Part shown: piece by piece, positions 1 through 8,787 of the stretch
How the letters are laid out: every line of letters starts with the position of its first letter
How positions within the stretch are numbered: the first letter of the stretch is position 1
Source: Paramecium tetraurelia
Taxonomy: Eukaryota
NCBI GenBank assembly: GCA_000165425.1
Contig: CT868263.1
Location: forward strand, 1-64,000
Direction: 5' to 3'
Length of the DNA: 64,000 nucleotides
Notes under the pieces: model-generated
Told to the model about the DNA's origin: nothing
The model's database searches: none
The model's input: the letters and a program-made list of their open reading frames with translations, nothing else
Program-made: the position numbers and the translations under genes

Positions 1-847
1 ATTATAAGGATTTAAATTTTTTCTTACAATTTTTTCCCTTTCCAAAGCTCTTTAACAGCTAGCAGAATTTGGATATTTTGTGCATGAGACTTTCATTACA
101 TTTTAAGTTATTAAATCAAAAAAATTCCTTTTAATTAAATATTCTCTATTCAATTTAAAAATAAACTCATCTTCGTTGACCAAAACTCCATTACCAATCA
201 TTATGCCTTTTAAGTTAATTTTATCATCAGGAAATTATTTGTTTTTATTAACTACAACTTCTGCTACACATGGTATATACATACCTTTTCATCAGATTAA
301 TAAATACCAGAATATGAAACTCCACTGAACCAGATCTCTCTAGCCTTATAGTTTTGAAATGCATTTAACCAAGTTTTAATTGTTTCATAGGAATCAAGCC
401 CTGTATTTGTATCACTCCATTAATAATTATCATCGTGAAGTGTAGAATATCCAACTCCTGCAGGGATATCCAAATATAAAACATTCCCTAATTTATGTAG
501 TGAATATTGATTCTCTGTTAACTCAATTTTATCACTGCCCCATAATTTCACATAGGGTCCTACTCCTGAAATAAGCCCAGCCAAGCTACTACATCCTGGT
601 CCTCCTCCAAATTATATTATCAAAGGTTTATTCTCTGGATCAGTGATACTCTCCATAAATATATAATGGATGACTCTAAAATCATATTCATATTTTTTAT
701 CTACTATTTTCCATTATAAATTTCCACAAACCCATTATAGGTTTTAAAGTTATAGGCTGGATAATATGGCCAATTGAAAATCTCGTCATATTATGGATCA
801 ACGCAGGAATTCGTAATCACTAGGACCAGAATTATTAAATATCTCAT
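1..847 (-). CDS. Serine carboxypeptidase (peptidase S10), 3' end beyond the window
   Basis: Table 6 translation: signal-like MRYLIILVLVITNSC, LGGGPGCSSLAG, NVLYLDIPAGVGYS and nucleophile motif SGVSYSGMYIP; a 24-nt GT..AG intron near 285-308. Confidence 0.9.
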
Positions 848-1173
848 TTAATCAAATTTGATATTAATGAGATTAAAATTGTATAATAGGTATTATTTTT
901 AATTAATTTAATATTTATTTTGAATTATATTTATCTCTATTTAATAGTATTGTCTTAATTAAAGAGTTTGATAGAACTTTTACAGCATTTTAGTTCATTA
1001 ACTTCAAGTTAATTGATTATCAAATTATAATATAATCATAAATATCATTTTTAAACCAATTAAATATATTAATCAATACAATATTAGGTCTTCTAAGAAT
1101 TTCTTGTTATTCTATCAATTAATTAAATCAGGCGATTGAGAGCTGTTATAATTTGTAAGGGAGAAATATATTA

Positions 1174-3483
1174 ATGATTTTATATTAATGTATGTATGAT
1201 TTAATTAATTTTGTTAAAAATTACATTTCTATCCGAATAATGTCTTAATATGACTTAATTTTAGAAAGAATTATCACTCATTCTGGATGTTTTTATGAAA
1301 TGGAAGAAAAAATGCGGAAGACTTTATTATTTGCACTTTCACTCTCTAATTAATTTCATCACAAATTTTTAGAAGATGAGATAAATAATAAAACCACAAT
1401 ATAAAAAACCAAATTGCTTCGACATTACTTACGTTGTTTAGATTTGAATAAAAAATACTATATCTTTGATTTTGTCTAAGGGCATCCGATATCAAAAGTA
1501 ATTAAAATATATGGAGCAAAACAAGAATCCATGCCGATAGAGAAAATTCATAATTATTTGAAGTAATTGCTTGAAGCTCTACATCAATTACATAAATTAA
1601 ACATTCTAGGAAGAGTTTTCTCAACAGAAAATATTATTGAGCTTCAAGATAATAGTATCACATTGATGGATTTTGGATTTGGGCCAGAATTAAAACAAGC
1701 TCAATTTAATCTACTAGCTCCTCCAGAAATTGTATAGAACTTTGAAGATAACAGTAACATATATGTATTTATCTAGTTGGCTAGGGATTACAATATGGCA
1801 TTGAAATAGATTCATGGTTATTAGGAGCATTCTTGTACCATCTTGTTACTTTAAAACCAATAAATTTGGTTCAAGAAAATAATCAACTAAAAGCATATAC
1901 TTATTCATAATTAAGGCAATATAATTCTTTTATTTAATATCAAATGAAAAAATCTAAAAATATAAAAGTCGAATCGAGTTATCCGATAGAATTAAATCAA
2001 TTTATAGAGTCATTATTAAGATATGATTCAAAAGAAAGGTTGTCATTCTTAAACATCTATTAATCTTAATATATCTAAAAAGTATTGAGATTGAGAAATT
2101 GTGATGAGTTGATATAATTTTATTCGAATCTAAATTTAACTTTAATTTAAGAAAAAATTTTGCTTAGAGAAGGAGTTGATTCAAATAAATTTCTTTAAAC
2201 AAGTGATTTACAACAAATTTCAAGTCCAAAATCCTTTTTAGAATAATGTTAACTAAATCCAGATTTCGATTCAAATTTAAAGTATTTTGAACTTTAATGT
2301 AGCATTCCTCGCAATCTTTAAATTCAGAGTGTTGTTCCACAAGTCTCACAATATGATGATCGAAAAAACAGCTATTTATTAGAGCTTCCATTAAGAATGT
2401 AAAATGGGGTATATTATTGTATTAATTTTAGCTTTCTAAATTTGAAAAGATATTCAAAATAATTAATTTGGAATAATTTAGATTTGTGATTTTGATAAAT
2501 ACCGCGGAGGAAGTAGTTTTGTTATTATCTGATAAATAATTTGGTTAATTAAATGCTATAGAATATTTTTTTAAGAAGATGGCATACCTTATAATGATTG
2601 AAATCTTAGAAAAATTAAATTCAGAAAACAGTTAGTGGACTTCTACATAGGAAGAATGGTAAGATTTTTAAAAACTTGATGCAAAATTAACGTTAATATA
2701 GAAAATAACTTCGAATATTGAAGAGATATTAATAAAACTGAAAAATCTTCATTAAATATGTTATACAGCTTTAACGTAAAATGAACTAATCGACGAAAAC
2801 ATTAGGCAATCTGTGGAACAAGATTAACACATGTTATTAAACAATAAATCTTTAGATAGCAATATTTTTGGTTGTACTTCATCAGAATTTTTAAAGAAAG
2901 GTTTTAGAAATATGACTTAATATTTATACAATTATTTAGTTTCAAATAAATTTGATGAAATGAGAACTAAATGGTATGGTCTGATCTTAAAGACTCTCCT
3001 ATGTCATTTAATCAATCGCATATTTGACTATAGTTAAATTAACACTCACTGGGAATTGAGCCGTTGGGTCGGGCCCTCCGACGGACTCAGTCCTAATCTA
3101 GCACCNNNNNNNNNNNNNNNNNNNNNNNNNNNNNNNNNNNNNNNNNNNNNNNNNNNNNNNNNNNNNNNNNNNNNNNNNNNNNNNNNNNNNNNNNNNNNNN
3201 NNNNNNNNNNNNNNNNNNNNNNNNNNNNNNNNNNNNNNNNNNNNNNNNNNNNNNNCGCTTGTTTAATAGGGTGATTTCGACACCAGGGTGCCCCCCCACT
3301 GTGATGTGTGACTATAGTTAAATTAACACTCAATTTAAAAATATTAAATCAGATTAAAATAATGACGTAACTCCAGATAAAATCTATGAATTTATTGAAT
3401 CGAAAGATAATGATGATTAAAAAATAATCGAGATTTAATTTTTAGTAAGCAAATATTTTTCATATGCACCTAACAATTTATGA
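1174..3483 (+). CDS. Protein-kinase-fold protein, probable pseudokinase, interrupted by the insertion at 3049-3308
   Basis: QLLEALHQLHKLNILGRVFSTENII (HRDLKPEN position), LMDFGFG, LAPPE, IDSWLLGAFLYHL; small introns near 1765 and 2410. The frame runs ...IFDYSQINT|QFKNIK...PNNL-TGA(3481-3483) once the insert plus one repeat copy is removed. Start uncertain (ATG 1174 or 1250). Confidence 0.8.
3025..3048 (+). repeat. 24-bp direct repeat, left copy (putative target-site duplication) TGACTATAGTTAAATTAACACTCA
   Basis: Identical to 3309-3332. Confidence 0.95.
3049..3308. mobile_element. GC-rich insertion of unknown class flanked by a 24-bp TSD; centre unsequenced
   Basis: Visible ends are about 55-60% GC in a very AT-rich background; exact flanking direct repeat; no terminal inverted repeat; long hairpin at 3050-3095; interrupts a CDS. 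Confidence 0.7.
3106..3255. other. Assembly gap (150 N)
   Basis: Run of N; true length unknown. Confidence 1.
3309..3332 (+). repeat. 24-bp direct repeat, right copy (putative target-site duplication)
   Basis: Identical to 3025-3048. Confidence 0.95.
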
Positions 3484-5352
3484 AATATCATTATCATTTA
3501 TTAAAATATTTTCTAATTTTCGGTTTGTTTTAATGAACATAATAAAAATTATTTAGTCAAAAGTTAAAATTCGTAAATCTAAACTACAATACCATTCATT
3601 AAGATTGATCTGCGATACCAAAATCAGGCTTTTACAATATTGGATATTAAAAAAGACAGATCATAAAGTTTTGATTGCTTGTCATTTAAGATTGATCTTT
3701 GAGTTATTCAAAGGAGTTTAAACTGTGAATGAATTTAATACAGTTGATTGAAACGATGAAAAGACTGATAAAACTAGATTTTGGAAATTTTATTCTAATT
3801 TTTAGCGAATTTACTAATTTTCATTTTCATCATAATGATTCATTTTTTAACTCAAATTAAAAGAAGAATATTCCAATATCAAATTTAACTAATAGAATTC
3901 ATTAATTGATTAGTGAGTGAAAATGAATTTAAGAAGTTTATGAAAAAGAAATAAGCTTTATTAGTTAATTAAATTGAAAAAAATTGAGAAGTTTGTTTTT
4001 GGGTTAGTGATATATGGATGAGATCATCCTTTGATCAGAATTGGTCAGATTTACCACAACAGAGTGAATCTTCTTTGTAATTATTTCAAATGCACTTCGT
4101 CCTGTGGTTTTTTGCCGAGATTCAAAATGAAGATAAATAATCATAATGAGAGTAGTTTGCTGCAAAAACAAGATGTAGGCGCAATTTACAAACAAAACTA
4201 TTTTTATTAAATAAATATCAATCAATTTTTATATTCTCACTGCATATTATATAACATAAAAGATAAGTGCACTGATTTAAGGCTTAGGTCTTAATAAAAT
4301 ATTATGAAACCTTTCATTAATGAGCATCAATTGATCAAAATAGAGCAATTGAGATCAATTTAATTGTAATCAATTTTCATAAATATTAATATTGTATCAA
4401 CCCTCCCTCGAATTACAAAAGTATTGAAACACATTTGGATATGGATTAATAATATTATCGTATTTTATAACTGTTCAACAACCAGCAATCCTTCCCAACC
4501 CTCTTTATGAAAGCCTTGAAATATTATTAAATCACTATGAATGAAATTGCTATCAATTATTAAGTTTTGACTCAGCAATATGATACATTAATTGAATGAA
4601 TTGATCTGGAACAATTGTAATTCAAATTGTATTAATTTTCTGCTTCCTTACTCTATCATGAAATTAATTTATTGTTTATTATTATTTAAATTAAGAATGT
4701 TTAAAATCTTGATTTTGATCTTTCTGATTGTTTATTCTTACTATTAATAAAAATATTTAGAATTTATAGAGTTTTATCTTTAAAATCCTAAAAGGTTTCT
4801 AAACTCAAAATTTATGGGACTATTTTTCTTAAGATGTTCATTGAATGTAAATTTTATTTATTATATGAGTTAGATTAGTAAAAATAGTTTAATTAAATTA
4901 AACTTCAGTTCATAAGATATTTGGAATATAGCATTTATTAAAACTAGCATAAATTAAATGTGTTATTGTGTTATTGAGGAAGTTGAAGAAAGAATTTTAA
5001 TATTATTATGATTTAGTTATAATTTAAGTAGTTTCTCTTATTAATTCCTTTCTCAATAAATAGTCTAGGATTGATACACATTTAACTATTAGGTTATGAT
5101 ATTTAGTTAAGAAGAAAATACTATAAAATCTCTTAGGGAATTACTAAGTAAAATTTCACTTAATCATTTGAATCGGGAAGGATAGCAATATATGCTAACA
5201 ATTTAAGTTGAGGAAAGCTCATTTAATCAATATTGTCATTATTTATTTTAGTTAATACATGATGAGCATTAATTGATGTATTATTAGATATTTAATAATT
5301 GAATTTTATGAATTAATCTCTTTTCTCTTTTAACTTGAAAGCACTTTTACCT

Positions 5353-6122
5353 ATGGAAAATTACTAATTAATACTTAATGAGTAAACAAGAATGAACAAA
5401 TACATTCACAGTTAGAATACTATTTAGATTAAGGAGTTGGATTTAGAATAAATGACGAGAAGAAAAAGTTGTCATTGTGGTCAATGTGGGGCTCAAAGTT
5501 AATTTTAGTTCAAAACGATGAATATTCCTCTTAAGGTTAGGGAAATACCAAAAGAGCAGGAATTTAATATACCTGAGTTAATAATAACAAAACCAGAATG
5601 TATAAATAGAAATATTTTATAGCTAGAATGAGTACCTTCTATAAAAAATCTTCTTTTAAGAATTTGCAAATCTTAGAATCTAAAGATTAACCAAATAACA
5701 CTTAATTGTCCTTAAATATTCATGGTCTTAAACGAGCTTATAATAGATAAAATACATTATTGAAATTAATAACAGATGGACAAGAAAGGTCTAAAAGAAG
5801 AGACAGCAGTGGATTATTTTCATCATCTGAGTTCCAATCTTTAAATTCTTTGAAATCTTTGAATATTACAACAAGTCCTACACATTCATTCTTATAGAAT
5901 CAAAAGAACTCGATTTAGCCTAAAAGTCCTTTAAGTCTATTTTCTCCTAAAAGAAGACATAAATAGATTGATAACAAATTCTTAAGTGCAACCAATAAAA
6001 GGAATTATAATACTTATATGATAAATTCGAATAAATAATTATTGATCAAACCATTAAAGTTATAAACTTCGCTTTCCACCCTTGGAAGTTCATTTCCAAA
6101 ACTAAATAACAAAAAGTAATGA
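5353..6122 (+). CDS. Hypothetical protein with RRKSCHCGQCG motif
   Basis: Open in table 6 with one 23-nt intron near 5600-5622; basic, Ser-rich tail; ends TGA 6120-6122. Confidence 0.75.
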
Positions 6123-6311
6123 TTGTATTATATTAATAATTTTTCTATTAGATATGATTATAAATAGAATACAAATTGATAATCTTGTATCAATTATTAT
6201 TCCAATTCTATTTCAAACAAGTATTAAATAAATTAATAAATTATTTTTATTTATTTTGGATATATACAGGTTTAATACAAATAAGAATATCCAAATACAT
6301 AAACATGATTC

Positions 6312-6713
6312 TCATTTCGAAAAAACAATTAGATCTCTATGATTTTCAACTTGTTGAAGCAATTCATCGATATCTTAGTTGGGTACTTCCATATCCTAGG
6401 CAATATTTTTGAGATGGATCTTAAATTTGTCAAATTATTAATTTGTAATGTTCAGATTTTTGTGGACTTCAATTAAATCTCTATTTAGATTAAATTTATG
6501 TGAATACCTGCCAGTATATTAAGTATTTTTATCACCCATCATTTGAGAGAAGAATCGCTTTTATTGATACCTTACTCTACTCATGTCTGCCTTCAAAAAT
6601 TTATCACGAAGAAGCTTATCAAAGAGCACTTTGTAATAGAATTAATCTATAAGTTCTGATACTTATTAGTCTCCTCCAAATTTTTCATACAAGCATTTTT
6701 TTTAATTATCCAT
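6312..6713 (-). CDS. Group I truncated (2/2) haemoglobin
   Basis: MDNQKKCLYEKFGGDQQVSELIDQFYYKVLFDKLLRDKFLKADMSRVRYQQKRFFSQMMGDKNTQYTGRDLIEVHKNLNITNQQFDKF...: FGG motif, PheB9-TyrB10, PheCD1 and proximal His in YTGRDLxEVH; 27-nt intron 6481-6507. Confidence 0.9.
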
Positions 6714-6728
6714 TATTAATTTTTATTA

Positions 6729-8737
6729 TCAAATATTCACTAAATATCCAACGCGCTTTAAATCTTCAATTTTCTTTCTAGCTTTGGTTGCATTTATTAA
6801 AGTTTGGTTTAGGTATAAGGATTTGGGCAACGAACTACCAGAAGGGGAATTTCTGACTAAAGAAATAAAATAATCTAGAGTCCTTTCAGTTATCATATTT
6901 GACGACAAATGTAGACTCTAAAAACACTTAATTTGTATTTTATACTAGATAATCCAATAACTTGCAGGCACCTTCGTCAGTTATTTTATTCCTCACCAAT
7001 TTAAGTTGTTTAACTCTCTTCGATATTCTGAGAATATCACCAATAAATTATAACCCTTCATCTCCCAAGTCTAAGTTAATAATAATTAAAGATATACCTG
7101 CACTTGAGAAATCAGCTATTTCTAAATTATCATTTTTAAATGACTGCCAGACACTTTCAAATTTCTCATTGATCTTAAACTTTTTTTCCTCTTGCAATCC
7201 TAAATTTTAGTATTAGGACTAATTCCTTGTCTGATGGAATTAACCTATTCTATATCCCTCCTACCAGGGCTTGGTTATTAAAAAGATCCTTTTAATTTCT
7301 CTAAAGCCCTAATCTAAATTCTCTCTGGTTTTGTTGGAGTGGTTGATTAAATATTTTAAGAAACCGACACAGGTTAAATTTCTTTTAGTTCCTTCAACCC
7401 AGATCCCATTTTATTTTTAACAAAATCTTCTTATTCTAAACTACTTCTATTTGGACTTCTCACTTGAGTAATATTTGTGGTTTCTTCCATAAGACTCTCA
7501 CTCCAATCTGCCATAAATATATCTTTAAGTAGCATTGGTTCATCTTAACAAAAACTTGAGAAAACATCCTAGCCACATAATTTACTAAAACTCTCATTTC
7601 TTTTAATGTCCTACAATAATGTTGAATCTGTTAAAGAATTGGAAGTTTTTAAAATTTAACTACTTTTGGTCATATTGGTGGGATTATTGACTCTACTCAA
7701 TTATAATGTAATGGTAAAGAGATTATCAAAACTCTTATCGATTTCTGTCTTTTTGAGATCAACTCTTAATTTCTTTATTTTGATATTCTATAGTTTAAGA
7801 TCTAATTATTTTTATATCTTCTCCAATTCCTCTTGAATTCCCTTTCCCTTGTCTACACAAGCATAATCTTGATTATTTAATAAATCTAAAGGCAATTCTC
7901 CATTTTCTGTTTTTGTTGAGAAATAAACCAATCGATCCTTAGCTGTAATCTTCCATAATTCCGCTTAAGATAATGAACTTTGCAACAATTCTTTAATTTA
8001 CTTTTTTGTTTATTGTTCTAATGATTATGTTAATGTGGTTAATTATTCAATAAGTCTTTGTTCTTTGAGATCTAATAATTAATGCAGTTCTTTGAATTTT
8101 TCCTTGACTGTATTATGACTCTCGGCTAGTACAATTGAAAATCTTTCCTATAGTGGTTCAAAATATTTTGACTCAGTTAATTCACATTATTTTTAGAGTA
8201 TCTTTTAATATATCTGCATTATATTTTCAGCTTTTTGGGTTATCTCTTTTACAACGTCATCAACAGAACGAACCTCATGATGTCGATGTTATCCAAATAA
8301 AGCACATCTTGTACAAATTCTTACTTGATCTGTAAAACATACTATTTCCAATTTTTCTAGATGTTCCTAGCATAAATCATTTGGAATATCATTTGAAATT
8401 AAGTTGTTCAATTAGAGTTGATAACCTATATCACTATCGTCATTTCTTGCTGATTATCTACTTTACTAGTATTAGGCTTTATGTTTAATGACCATTTTTA
8501 ACAATTAGCAGTTCTTTGGAAATTGTGAGATGTCACTTTTATTTTTAGCCATGATACTTTTATAAATAATCAGTTTACCCATCTTCTGGACACAATATAC
8601 TTTTTATTAATTAACATTTATTTAATACAAATTTAACATATTGTATGTCCACAATCTGGAAGCATCAATGGTAAATTGTCATACTCATTAAACATCATTT
8701 GGCATTCTGGACATATAAGTTCTTCTATTTACTACAT
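6729..8737 (-). CDS. RING + B-box + coiled-coil protein with C-terminal leucine-rich repeats (TRIM-like E3 ligase)
   Basis: ICPECQMMF..LPLMLPDCGHTICQIC..CPED..FPKN; B-box CQEHLEKLEIVCFTDQVRICTRCALFGQHRHH; LRRs LGDEGLQFIGDIL, LKLVRNKITDEGACKL, LHLSSNMIT; TGA 6729-6731. Exact frame/intron near 8600 not resolved. Confidence 0.8.
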
Positions 8738-8787
8738 TTTTGAATTCAAAAACAGTTGATATTAAATTATATTATATATATATTATC

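Noticed and set aside
3049..3308. tmRNA/tRNA-like look of the insert ends on the minus strand (GGGGGCACCCTGGTGTCGA; GGCTCAATTCCC)
   Set aside because: The T-stem does not pair and no matching acceptor 3' strand or CCA follows.
3049..3308. Canonical hammerhead, HDV-like ribozyme, group II intron or TIR DNA transposon
   Set aside because: No CTGANGA/GAAA core, no complete HDV topology, no GTGYG start and no terminal inverted repeats in the visible ends; the gap interior cannot be judged.
3033..3317. Insertion removed as a spliceosomal intron using GT in the left repeat and AG in the right repeat
   Set aside because: The join loses one G and frameshifts the gene, and the length is far above the 20-30 nt introns seen here.
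3046..3333. ORF-track ORFs spanning the N gap
   Set aside because: They are open only because Ns translate as X.
6312..8737. Globin fused to the RING/LRR protein
   Set aside because: TGA at 6729-6731 ends the LRR gene and the globin has its own ATG at 6713.
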